From a virus, in IMG/VR virus record IMGVR_UViG_3300044986_000731, positions 1-64,000 of that record: a stretch of DNA of 64,000 bases. One strand, 5' to 3'. Below the pieces are notes generated by a model. That model searched no databases, was not told the origin of the DNA, and saw only the letters and a list, made by a program, of their open reading frames with translations. The translations under genes were made by a program, and so were the position numbers. Numbering within the stretch: position 1 is the first letter of the stretch; the number at the start of each line of letters is the position of its first letter. Of this stretch, positions 27,468-36,531 are shown piece after piece.

Positions 27468-27837
27468 CGTCTGCACGGCCACATTTTCTCAGATGTGGCT
27501 CGCCGGGACTCCGACCCGGATCATCGCCGAGACGCTGAAGATCAGCGCAGATCGCTGCGATGTCACAAGGAAAACCCTCGGGCTTCCTCCGCGTGAGTCT
27601 TGGCACGGCTCGAAAACAGGCCACCGCAAGGCCTACCTGCCGACGCCGGAGGAAATACGGGAAAAGTGCCTTGAGTTTCAGCGGGGCTGGAGCGACGAAG
27701 AACGGGAGAAGCGTCGGGTCGGCGCGAAGGTGCAGGAATACGAGATGCCGATCATCTCGGAATCCTCGTTTCGAGTGTCGTCATTTTCTGACGACGCCCC
27801 CTCGATCGAAGACCTCGCCGACACTTCGGGTGGATAA
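27445..27837 (+). CDS. HTH-like (GcrA-like) putative regulator
   Basis: F.QMW.AG......IA......LGLP.R; PTPEEI...C...Q.GWSDEE...RR. Confidence 0.55.
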   Translation: MKKNNQPDVCTATFSQMWLAGTPTRIIAETLKISADRCDVTRKTLGLPPRESWHGSKTGHRKAYLPTPEEIREKCLEFQRGWSDEEREKRRVGAKVQEYEMPIISESSFRVSSFSDDAPSIEDLADTSGG

Positions 27838-27883
27838 GTCGCGGTCTTTACTATGGATGTAGCACTCAAGGAGGAGCGCATCC

Positions 27884-28159
27884 GTGGACGACGACAAGAC
27901 TTTCCTTCCCAAGGTCTCGATCTGGGAAAAAATCCGCCTGCTGCAAGAGTGGTCGCCTGCCGCGACCTACCTACAGGCGTTTCTGGCGACCGACGACCCA
28001 CACCGACGCACGATCATCGTGTCGGATGCGTGCGAGTGGCTCGCCTCGAAGACCGACACGACGCTCGACGACGAGTTCGTGCGGCATATCGCCGCCGTCC
28101 TCCGGTCGAACGAGGGCACGGCTCTCGTCAAGTGGCTCGCGGAGAGGGTGAACGCATGA
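27884..28159 (+). CDS. hypothetical protein
   Basis: AAGGAGGAG RBS, GTG start. Confidence 0.65.
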   Translation: MDDDKTFLPKVSIWEKIRLLQEWSPAATYLQAFLATDDPHRRTIIVSDACEWLASKTDTTLDDEFVRHIAAVLRSNEGTALVKWLAERVNA

Positions 28160-28389
28160 CCGAGCACGCACTGCGTCTCGTGGCCGGGACCGTCGGGGCC
28201 GTGATCGTGGCGTGGCCGAATGTCGCGTCGGCAGCGACGTGGCTCACGTCGAAGAAGACGGTCACGCCGCAGGACGACGCCGTGGCGGTCGTGGGAATCG
28301 CGAGGCGTTTGCAGGCAGCCGGCAACAAGAGCGGAGTCTCGCTGTGCCAGCAACTGCTCGCGGTCTTGCTGGAGGCCGACAAGCGATGA
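28156..28389 (+). CDS. membrane protein
   Basis: N-terminal hydrophobic helix; ATGA overlaps. Confidence 0.6.
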   Translation: MTEHALRLVAGTVGAVIVAWPNVASAATWLTSKKTVTPQDDAVAVVGIARRLQAAGNKSGVSLCQQLLAVLLEADKR

Positions 28390-28850
28390 AGTGGGTGCGA
28401 CTCGCCGTGGCCGGGCTTCTCATCGCGTACGCGAGCGGTGTGGTTCGCGTGCCGAAGCCGCAGGAGCCTGTTGTTCAGCCGCTGACGGAGATGCAGATGT
28501 CCGCGAAGACTCTCCGAGACATCATGTCCACGGTGCCCATGACCGACAGGCTCTGGGTGAAGACGATCTATACGAGCGCCGCGAAGGTCACCCGCGCTGA
28601 CGGCGAGGAGGAGTCCCCGGAGATTCAGACGACTGAGTCTCTGCGAGACGTGCATATCGCGATCCTGAAGTTCGTGTGGAAGCACCTCGCCGGCAACGAG
28701 CCGGGCAAATACGCAGGGCTTGCCGACGCCGTGTCGACCGTGATCACGCATGCCGTCGGCACGGACAACAGGCCTCTCACGCCAGAACTGCGAGAGAAGG
28801 CTGCTGAGGCGTTTGACGCGATCGCATGGGCAGGACTCGGGGAGGGCTGA
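28386..28850 (+). CDS. exported/membrane-anchored protein
   Basis: MKWVRLAVAGLLIAYA signal-like start. Confidence 0.65.
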   Translation: MKWVRLAVAGLLIAYASGVVRVPKPQEPVVQPLTEMQMSAKTLRDIMSTVPMTDRLWVKTIYTSAAKVTRADGEEESPEIQTTESLRDVHIAILKFVWKHLAGNEPGKYAGLADAVSTVITHAVGTDNRPLTPELREKAAEAFDAIAWAGLGEG

Positions 28851-28855
28851 CCCCG

Positions 28856-29770
28856 ATGACTAAAAGACCCCAAGGCTGGGTGCCGAACCCTGCCGAGACG
28901 GAGCGGTTCGTCTCGCGGCTGCGATATCCGACGATGTCCGACGCGATGCCTGTCGGCAACACAGGGCAGGACGTGCTGCTCTATGTTCCCCTGCTCAAGG
29001 TCTGTCCGACGTACAGCCGCGTTGCTCAGGGTATTGGGTCGTGTGTCGGGCATGGTTACGCCGGATGCGGGGACGCCTTAGCCTCGACGGAAATTGTCAT
29101 CCACGGAGACCCGGAGGACTGGCGAGGTCGCATCCTCGAAGCGTCGATCTACGCATTCTCCCGCGTGGAGGCGAGAGGGCGGACACGCGCGGGTTTGTCC
29201 GACGGCTCTTTCGGCGCCGCTGCATGCAAGGCCGTGATGCACTGGGGACTGCTCCATTACGACGTTGACTACGACGGCAATAAGTTCACCGCGTACTCGG
29301 CCGAACGAGAGAAGTCGTGGGGTGACACGGGAGTTCCAGACGAGTACGAGAAGTACTCGAAGCACCGTCTCATTCGCGAGACCACACTTGTACGAAATTT
29401 CAGCGAATATGCGCGGGCGTTAGGGTCGGGCTATCCGGTGTCAATTTGCAGCAACGTGGGCTTCACGTTTACCCGAGACTCAGAGGGCTTCTGTCGTCCT
29501 CGCGGGAACTGGAGTCATTGCATGGCCGGGATCGGCGTGAGGCATGGCAATAGGCCCGGCGGATTGATCTGGAATTCATGGGGTCCATCGTCGAACTCGG
29601 GGCCTCACTATCCAGAGAACATGCCGTCGCCCTTTCGCGGATCGACCTTCTGGGTCGACGCTTCCGTTCTGGATCGCATGCTCGGGCAGGGCGATAGTTT
29701 CTCCCTGTCGAGTTACGACGGATTCCCGGCGCGAAAACTTCCTTCCGACTGGACAGGGGGCGTGCTGTGA
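28856..29770 (+). CDS. papain-like (C1) cysteine peptidase
   Basis: QGIGSCVGH (Cys), WSHCM (His), WNSWG (Asn). Confidence 0.85.
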   Translation: MTKRPQGWVPNPAETERFVSRLRYPTMSDAMPVGNTGQDVLLYVPLLKVCPTYSRVAQGIGSCVGHGYAGCGDALASTEIVIHGDPEDWRGRILEASIYAFSRVEARGRTRAGLSDGSFGAAACKAVMHWGLLHYDVDYDGNKFTAYSAEREKSWGDTGVPDEYEKYSKHRLIRETTLVRNFSEYARALGSGYPVSICSNVGFTFTRDSEGFCRPRGNWSHCMAGIGVRHGNRPGGLIWNSWGPSSNSGPHYPENMPSPFRGSTFWVDASVLDRMLGQGDSFSLSSYDGFPARKLPSDWTGGVL

Positions 29771-30060
29771 GGCTGATCGCCATCGCTCTGATCGTGTTGT
29801 GCTGCGGATGCCAGACACGCGAGGCCGTGACGCAGGCGGAACTCGCGGAGTGCTTCGCCGAGGCAGCCTACGCAGCCGTGTGTGCGAGGAAGACTCCGCC
29901 GGCTCCGCCGTCGCCAGATCAGTGCTGCTCGAAGTGCGGCAAAGATGGTCTGCCGCCCGGCAAAGTTCGCTCTGGAGATGGTCTGGCGATCGTTTCGTGC
30001 CCGTGCCCGGACACATGCAAATGCAAGGTGCCGCGTGAGCAGCCTCGACGAACTCGCTGA
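29767..30060 (+). CDS. Cys-rich putative lipoprotein
   Basis: MRLIAIALIVLCCGC; CCSKC...GDG...CPCPDTCKC. Confidence 0.65.
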   Translation: MRLIAIALIVLCCGCQTREAVTQAELAECFAEAAYAAVCARKTPPAPPSPDQCCSKCGKDGLPPGKVRSGDGLAIVSCPCPDTCKCKVPREQPRRTR

Positions 30061-30403
30061 TGACATCTGGCGAGACCTGCCGTTCTTCCGCCGGCAGTTG
30101 CTCGGCCGGGAGCGCGTCAAAGACATGGTGCTGATCGCCGTCGAGCAGTGTCCGCTCGACCTGTGCGGGCACGTCCAGCCCGGCTCCACCGAGAGCGAGG
30201 TACTGGTCGCAGCGTGGTCGCAGGACGTGAAGCGATCGTATTGCCTTCTCTACACCGGAGACGAGGCGAAGTTCGGGCCTCTGTTCTGGATTCTTCTGTC
30301 TCCAGTCCTGCACTACGTGATCCAAAAGATTCTCGACTGGTACTTCGAGTCGCGGTCGAACCGTGCCCTGCTCCGACGTTGGCGAAAGGAACTAACCCAG
30401 TGA
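30035..30403 (+). CDS. membrane-associated hypothetical protein
   Basis: C-terminal hydrophobic segment FGPLFWILLSPVL. Confidence 0.6.
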   Translation: MSSLDELADDIWRDLPFFRRQLLGRERVKDMVLIAVEQCPLDLCGHVQPGSTESEVLVAAWSQDVKRSYCLLYTGDEAKFGPLFWILLSPVLHYVIQKILDWYFESRSNRALLRRWRKELTQ

Positions 30404-30648
30404 GCGCATCGGACGTGTCAGAGGCAGTCAAGACGATCCTCGAACGGTGGGGACTGCCCACGCTGTTCTGCCTAGTCCTCATGTTCGTGATCAGGAACGA
30501 CCTGATCATTCCGCTCGTCGAGCAGCATGGAGCGTTTCTCCGTGCCATCTCCGACTCGCAGAAGGAGATCGCCGAAGCCGTGAAGGATCAGACAAGACTC
30601 CTCTACGCGCTTCAGCCGCAACTCGCGAAGGAAGGAGCGAAAGAGTAG
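30400..30648 (+). CDS. holin-like single-TM protein
   Basis: ERWGLPTLFCLVLMFVIR followed by a coiled coil. Confidence 0.5.
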   Translation: MSASDVSEAVKTILERWGLPTLFCLVLMFVIRNDLIIPLVEQHGAFLRAISDSQKEIAEAVKDQTRLLYALQPQLAKEGAKE

Positions 30649-30969
30649 GTGGGCACTTACAACCAACTGCCGGGGCTTCTGAATCTCTCGCTGCGTCGCG
30701 GGGACTCGTTCGGCACCACAGTCGACTTCGACGTGAGTCTCGCGAGTCACACCGTGGCTTCGTACCTGTCGTCGCCGATCACCGGCCAGACGACCGGGAC
30801 CATGACGGCGTCGATCACGAATGCAACTGCGGGCGTCGTCGCGATCTCGATGACAGACCTTCAGACGTCTTCGCTGCGAGTCGGTACGCATGGGTGGCGT
30901 CTGGAGTGGACAGCCCCCGGCGGCGTGAAGCGGACAGTCCTGTCGGGTCATATGGAGGTGACCAGATGA
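30649..30969 (+). CDS. BppU-like tail fibre adaptor domain protein
   Basis: L..RGD.F...VDF...G.V.IS.TD.QT..L..G...W.L.W....R..LSG. Confidence 0.55.
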   Translation: MGTYNQLPGLLNLSLRRGDSFGTTVDFDVSLASHTVASYLSSPITGQTTGTMTASITNATAGVVAISMTDLQTSSLRVGTHGWRLEWTAPGGVKRTVLSGHMEVTR

Positions 30970-31337
30970 GCGGCGTAAGCGCGACCGTTACGGGAGGCTC
31001 TGTCTCGGCTTCTGTCTCTGGAGGAAGAGTCGTCGCGAGCGTAGCCCTTCCTCCTGCGAGTGGGCACTCCGTGAGTGGAGGTACCGTCTCAGTTGGCGTG
31101 CCGAACTCGTTGGCAAACGTCTCGGTGTCGGGAGGGAGCATTGCGGCTGAAATCTTCGCCGGAACCGGGCCGCAGGGACCGGCCGGGCCTGTGGGGCCTG
31201 CTGGAGGAGTGTCGTACCTCGCGGAACTACTCGACGTGCAGATCACGTCAGCGTCAAACGGCGACGTTCTTCGTTGGAACGGCATTGCGTGGACGGACTA
31301 TGCAGAATCAGGACTCACAGACGGCGGCGCATTCTAA
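30966..31337 (+). CDS. virion fibre-associated protein with short collagen-like repeat
   Basis: GPQGPAGPVGPAG; LLDV...GDVL.WNG..W; DGG.F end. Confidence 0.6.
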   Translation: MSGVSATVTGGSVSASVSGGRVVASVALPPASGHSVSGGTVSVGVPNSLANVSVSGGSIAAEIFAGTGPQGPAGPVGPAGGVSYLAELLDVQITSASNGDVLRWNGIAWTDYAESGLTDGGAF

Positions 31338-31355
31338 AAGCAAGAGAGGTGTAAC

Positions 31356-32789
31356 TTGGCGAATGTAATCAGGATAAAGAGGCGATCGGCGTCCGGCGGT
31401 GCAGGGTCGCCCGCGAGTCTTGCCAATGGAGAGTTGGCTTACAACGAATCTTCAGATATTTGCTACTACGGCTCAGGCACGGGAGGACAGAACGGATCGG
31501 CGACTACGATCGTCGCGATCGCAGGGCCGGGTGCGTATCTGGGGCTTTCGAGCGGCCTGACTCAGACTGCGGCCGGCACGTACACGTACACGGGAAGCGT
31601 GACGTTCTCCAGCACGGTTGCGTTGGGTGCATCGGCGACAGCCACGACCCCGGCGACGAGCGACAACTCGACCTCGGTCGCGACGACCGCCTTCGTCAAG
31701 GCTCAGAACTACATCACCGGCAACCAGTCGATCACGATCTCCGGAGACGTGACAGGCACGGGCGCCACGTCGATCACGGCCACGATCTCGAACGACGCCG
31801 TGACGAACGCGAAACTCGCCAACATGGCGACCGGGACGATCAAGGGCCGAGTATCGTCTGGGACCGGAGACCCCGAGGACTTGTCGGCCTCGTCGGTCAA
31901 GAGCATTCTCGCCATCGTCAAGGCCGACATCTCGGACTTCGACACCGGAGTGCAGGCGAATCGGCTCGACCAGTTGTCGTCGCCGACTGCGTCCGTGTCG
32001 ATGAACTCGCAGCGGGTCACGAACGTCGCTGCGCCGGTCGACGCAGGCGACGCGGCGAATAAGGGATACGTCGATGCAGCGAGGAGCGGACTCGACGTCA
32101 AGCAGTCGGTGCGTGTCGCCACCACGGCGAACGTCGACCTGTCGAGCGAACTGGAGAATGGAGACGTCGTCGACGGCGTCACGCTCGCGACGGGAGACCG
32201 GGTGCTCGTCCGAAGCCAGACGACCGGCTCGCAAAACGGCATCTACGTTGTGCAGGCCACGGGCGCTGCGGTCCGGGCGGCAGACTTCGACTCTGCGGAC
32301 GAAGTCACGCCGGGTGCGTTCGTGTTCGTCGAGGAGGGATCGCTCGCCGACTCGGGGTGGGTGCTGACGAACGACGGAACGATCACGCTCGGCTCCACGG
32401 CACTGACGTTCGCCCAGTTCTCAGGGGCCGGGCAGGTTGTGGCCGGGGACGGCCTGACGAAGACAGCGAACACCCTGAATGTCGTCGGGACGGCCGACAG
32501 GATCACGGCGAACGCGGACTCGATCGATATCGCGTCGACATACGCCGGGCAGTCGTCGATTACGACGCTGGGTACTGTCACCACGGGCGTCTGGTCAGCG
32601 ACGACGATCGGTGTCGGAAAGGGTGGGACCGGGATTACCTCCACGCCGAAGGGAAGCGTGCTTGTAGCCAATACTTTGGATACACTCACTGCCCTCGACG
32701 GCGGAGGATCGTCCGACGGGATTCTCGCCTACACGGCGTCGAGTGACACGATTGCGTGGGCAACGTCTATCGACGGCGGAGTCTTCTAA
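31356..32789 (+). CDS. tail fibre/structural protein
   Basis: IRIKR...L.NGELAY N-terminus; DAANKGYVD, VKQSVRVATT, GDRVLV..Q....NGIYVV; Ser/Thr-rich. Confidence 0.75.
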   Translation: MANVIRIKRRSASGGAGSPASLANGELAYNESSDICYYGSGTGGQNGSATTIVAIAGPGAYLGLSSGLTQTAAGTYTYTGSVTFSSTVALGASATATTPATSDNSTSVATTAFVKAQNYITGNQSITISGDVTGTGATSITATISNDAVTNAKLANMATGTIKGRVSSGTGDPEDLSASSVKSILAIVKADISDFDTGVQANRLDQLSSPTASVSMNSQRVTNVAAPVDAGDAANKGYVDAARSGLDVKQSVRVATTANVDLSSELENGDVVDGVTLATGDRVLVRSQTTGSQNGIYVVQATGAAVRAADFDSADEVTPGAFVFVEEGSLADSGWVLTNDGTITLGSTALTFAQFSGAGQVVAGDGLTKTANTLNVVGTADRITANADSIDIASTYAGQSSITTLGTVTTGVWSATTIGVGKGGTGITSTPKGSVLVANTLDTLTALDGGGSSDGILAYTASSDTIAWATSIDGGVF

Positions 32790-32792
32790 GAC

Positions 32793-35288
32793 ATGCCGCA
32801 ATTCCCGGTGCAGATCAAGCGGAGCGGAACGGCGTCCTCTGCGCCGACCTCGCTCTTACATGGCGAGTTGGCGATCAACTACAACGTCGCCGACGGCAAA
32901 CTGTTCTGGAAGGACTCGTCGGACGTCATCCAGTCGTTCACCTTCCAGAGTTACGCGCTCGCGTCGCACTCTCACGATTCGTCCGGCATCACATCGACTG
33001 GCGTGACGAACGGCCACGTCCTGACGGCCAATGGAAGCGGAGGCGCGTCGTGGCAGGCACCGGCTGGCGGGGCGCCGTCAGGCGCTGCCGGCGGAGACCT
33101 GACGGGCACCTACCCTAACCCGCAGATCGCTGCGGGGGCGATTGTCACTGCGGACCTAGCCAATTCTGCGGTCACATACGCCAAAATCCAGAATGTCTCA
33201 GCGACAGACAGGCTGCTCGGGCGATCGTCAGCGGGGGCTGGCGTAATCGAAGAGGTGACCTGCACGAGTTTCGCGAGAAGTATTTTGGATGACGCTTCGG
33301 CGGCTGATGTCAGAACCACCATCTCGGTGCTTGCGACAAGCGGCGGCACGTTCACAGGGCCAGTAGAAATATCTACGGGCGCCACGAACAACAACTACAA
33401 CGAAGGGCTGAGACTGACTGCCGCCAACAACGGATGGACCGGAATTACCTTTGCCGGCACAGGACTTAGCGGCGCGCCTACCAATGGATGGTTTGCGGCG
33501 AGAAACCCGTCCAATCAATTTATTATCTCACCAGCAGACAGTAACTCCACAACCGGACTGACGCTCAACTCTGGTGGAAATGCGGCATGGCGAAACAACA
33601 TCATGCTGCACGCAGGCAACTACAACTCCTACTCGCCGACGCTGACGGGAGGCGGGGCGAGTGGTACGTGGGCCATCTCCATCAGCGGCAGCGCCGCTCA
33701 ACTCGGTGGCGTGACGGCTGCGAACTACTTCCGCGTGGACGGAAGTTACCCTAACGCCGACATGAACGTGCCGGTCGAGGGTTACTGGCACGTCGCGTCT
33801 AATGCGGCCAATCTTCCTGACGGGGCGCAGTACGGACATCGCTGGGACTACGACCACGCTGGTGACGGCGTGTGGGTCGCGCAGTTCTACACGCCCACGT
33901 CAGGCGACGCCGGGATGTGGTTCCGCCAGCGTCGCGGCGGGACGTGGCAGACGTGGCGGAAGTTTCTCGATTCGACCACCTACAACTCGTACTCGCCGAC
34001 GTTGACGGGCGGCGGTGCCAGTGGTACGTGGACTATCAACGTGACGGGAACCGCCGCCACAGCGACTCGCTCGACAATCCAAGACACGCGAGCGGCGCAG
34101 AGGACGCCCAACGACTACGACGATTTTCAAGCCAGTTACGAGTTCACGAATCAGTTCACCGGCCTGCCCGATTGGCACACTGCATTCACGATGCAAGGCT
34201 GGCACAACGGATACGCCTCATGGCAAATCATTGGCCCCGCGTCCACGACGGCGCACGAGAACTTTTACCTGCGCAGCGGGATCAACACCACATGGAACTC
34301 CGTTCGCGCGATCCTTCATAGCGGGAACTACAACTCCTACTCGCCGACCCTCACGGGCGGCGGCGCGAGTGGTACGTGGGGGGTCAACGTCACCGGGACC
34401 GCAGCGAGCGAGACGCTGGCTACAGTGACTGGGCGAGGGGCGAGCACCTCGACGAACATCACGACGACGGGCGCGATGTTCGCGAGCAACTGGTACCGCT
34501 CGTATGGAGCGACCGGGTGGTACAACGAGTCGTATGGCGGCGGCATCTGGATGAGTGATTCCACGTATGTCCGCGTCTACAACAACAAGGTTTTCTACGC
34601 AGACAATTTTATTTGGTCTGGAACTGACGTTCGCGCCCCGATCTTCTACGACTCGCAAAACACCGCATTCTATTGCGATCCCAACGGCACGAGCCGTATG
34701 TCGGGGATGAACATCGATAGTGTAGTAGTTCTCGGAGCGGACCTGTACGTAGGTGGGATAGGCATTGGGGGGACCACGTACAGTACTATCTCCATGAATG
34801 ACGCGGATGAGGGCGCGCGGCAAATCCACTGCAACTCAAATCGAATTGGATTCCTCACGCAAGCAGGCGGGTGGGGAGCGTGGTGCAACGACGACGGCAG
34901 TTGGGAGAGCGTGGGCCGTGTCACCGCAACGGAATTCTATGAGTCAGGCTTTGCGGGGAGGATTTTTGGCGCTAAGGCGTGGTGCATTCATTTTGGGAAT
35001 ACTAGTCCGACCTTGTTGGCGAACAGCAGCGGCAATGTCTCAAGCATTACATACCGCAATACTGGCAGATATCGAGTCAACTTTTTGACGGGAATCCTTC
35101 CGACGGGTGCGGTTATGCTTGGAACAGCGTATGATGTTGTTAGTCCGGGCGACAGTGCATCGGCAACAATGGTGAGAATAGGCCAGCGATACATCAGCAG
35201 CAGCCGATTGACCGGCATCGACTACGCGGTGTCAGTCGGCGGTGCGTATTCAGGCGCGCTAGATGTCGCTCTTATCGTTGTAGGGTAG
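32793..35288 (+). CDS. tail fibre / receptor-binding protein
   Basis: IKRSG...L.HGELAIN; three YNSYSPTLTGGGASGTW repeats; NWYRS.G.TGWYN..YGGGIWM.DS shufflon-like segment. Confidence 0.8.
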   Translation: MPQFPVQIKRSGTASSAPTSLLHGELAINYNVADGKLFWKDSSDVIQSFTFQSYALASHSHDSSGITSTGVTNGHVLTANGSGGASWQAPAGGAPSGAAGGDLTGTYPNPQIAAGAIVTADLANSAVTYAKIQNVSATDRLLGRSSAGAGVIEEVTCTSFARSILDDASAADVRTTISVLATSGGTFTGPVEISTGATNNNYNEGLRLTAANNGWTGITFAGTGLSGAPTNGWFAARNPSNQFIISPADSNSTTGLTLNSGGNAAWRNNIMLHAGNYNSYSPTLTGGGASGTWAISISGSAAQLGGVTAANYFRVDGSYPNADMNVPVEGYWHVASNAANLPDGAQYGHRWDYDHAGDGVWVAQFYTPTSGDAGMWFRQRRGGTWQTWRKFLDSTTYNSYSPTLTGGGASGTWTINVTGTAATATRSTIQDTRAAQRTPNDYDDFQASYEFTNQFTGLPDWHTAFTMQGWHNGYASWQIIGPASTTAHENFYLRSGINTTWNSVRAILHSGNYNSYSPTLTGGGASGTWGVNVTGTAASETLATVTGRGASTSTNITTTGAMFASNWYRSYGATGWYNESYGGGIWMSDSTYVRVYNNKVFYADNFIWSGTDVRAPIFYDSQNTAFYCDPNGTSRMSGMNIDSVVVLGADLYVGGIGIGGTTYSTISMNDADEGARQIHCNSNRIGFLTQAGGWGAWCNDDGSWESVGRVTATEFYESGFAGRIFGAKAWCIHFGNTSPTLLANSSGNVSSITYRNTGRYRVNFLTGILPTGAVMLGTAYDVVSPGDSASATMVRIGQRYISSSRLTGIDYAVSVGGAYSGALDVALIVVG

Positions 35289-35293
35289 TTGCA

Positions 35294-35611
35294 ATGGCAG
35301 CAGTTATCGTCCACCCAGCGCCCGCTCCAGAACCCGGCGTGTGGGTCATTATCCCGGCAACCGACTGCCCCCTCTCCATCGAGGAGATCGCAAGGAAAGA
35401 CGTTCCCGCCGGGCTTCCGTACGTTTTCGTGGACACATCTGAACTGCCCGACCCGGCGTATCGGGAGGCGTGGGATTGCGACTTCTCCGAGCCGGATGGA
35501 TTCGGCATCGGCCACGAGGCGTGGTTTGCAGAGCAGGAGGCCAAGCGTGTCGAAAATGAGCATCAACCCGACGGTGGCGGCGGCGATAGACCAGCAGAAC
35601 CACCGGCTTGA
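35294..35611 (+). CDS. tail fibre assembly-type protein
   Basis: IEEIARKDVPAG.PY..VD..ELP...YREAW..DF..PDG.G. Confidence 0.6.
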   Translation: MAAVIVHPAPAPEPGVWVIIPATDCPLSIEEIARKDVPAGLPYVFVDTSELPDPAYREAWDCDFSEPDGFGIGHEAWFAEQEAKRVENEHQPDGGGGDRPAEPPA

Positions 35612-35897
35612 AGTCGAGTCTTGGTTTGCGGACAGACTCGCGGAAGGCTACGACGTTTCGGAACACGGGTTCCGTCTCGGCCTCAAGCAAGAGGACGTGA
35701 CGCTGCTCACCGGCGCGTTCGTCCTTGCGAAAGAGGCGGCGGCGATTGGCATGCCGGTGCCTCCGATCATCGACGCAGAAGGCAGGCCGCACACGCTCAC
35801 GATCGAGCAACTTACTGCCGTCATGCTGGGATACGGGCATCATAGGGCGTCGCTGTCTGCCGAGTACGCATCGAGGCTCGACGAGGCGAGGCAGTGA
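35556..35897 (+). CDS. tail fibre-associated protein (DUF4376-like)
   Basis: GGAGG RBS; H.LT.EQL..V...YG. Confidence 0.5.
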   Translation: MSINPTVAAAIDQQNHRLEVESWFADRLAEGYDVSEHGFRLGLKQEDVTLLTGAFVLAKEAAAIGMPVPPIIDAEGRPHTLTIEQLTAVMLGYGHHRASLSAEYASRLDEARQ

Positions 35898-36127
35898 TGG
35901 AGTCGCTCGCTCTGCTCGCCGCTGCGATCACAGCCACTGTGCTGCTTCTAGGCGCGATCGCATCCCTCCTGTCTGCCATCGGATGGAGGACTGCCGGCGC
36001 GATCGTCGGTGTGCTCGCGATGGTCGCAGCCGGCTCGCTCGGGTGGCGAGTTCCGCAGGCGTGGGCGATCTGGCTGCCGCCCCTGATTGCCGGTGCGTGG
36101 TCTTTCTGGCGGGGCCGCGACACTTAG
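35897..36127 (+). CDS. three-TM membrane protein
   Basis: almost entirely hydrophobic; holin candidate. Confidence 0.55.
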   Translation: MESLALLAAAITATVLLLGAIASLLSAIGWRTAGAIVGVLAMVAAGSLGWRVPQAWAIWLPPLIAGAWSFWRGRDT

Positions 36128-36179
36128 GGTCGATGTTTCACGTCCGGTAACCTGATGGTGGTTCCCCGGAGGTGAGACA

Positions 36180-36530
36180 TTGGCGACCTACTCGGTCCTA
36201 CCAGACACACTCGACGTAGTCTTCGTGCAGGGCGATGAACTCAGCCTGCTCTTAGACTTCGACCAAGACCTTTCCGGGTATGTTTTCGAGACCCGGATTA
36301 TCGAAGTTCTGGGCGTCTCGGGCGGAAACGTGACGTCATATAACAACGTCATGGTCTTCACGCAGACCATCGTGTCGCTCCCAGACGGACGCATCAATCT
36401 TTCGCTCACAGAGTTGCAGACGCAGTCCCTTAGCCTGACAGGCAACTATCGCTGGTTCATGCGATGGGTCGCGCCGGGGTTCATTACGCGGACTGTCCTG
36501 AGCGGAACCATCTCAGTGAGGAGTCCGTGA
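36180..36530 (+). CDS. BppU-like adaptor (paralog of 30649-30969)
   Basis: QGDEL...LDF...G.INLSLTE.QT..L...RW..RW...RT.LSG. Confidence 0.6.
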   Translation: MATYSVLPDTLDVVFVQGDELSLLLDFDQDLSGYVFETRIIEVLGVSGGNVTSYNNVMVFTQTIVSLPDGRINLSLTELQTQSLSLTGNYRWFMRWVAPGFITRTVLSGTISVRSP

Positions 36531-36531
36531 C

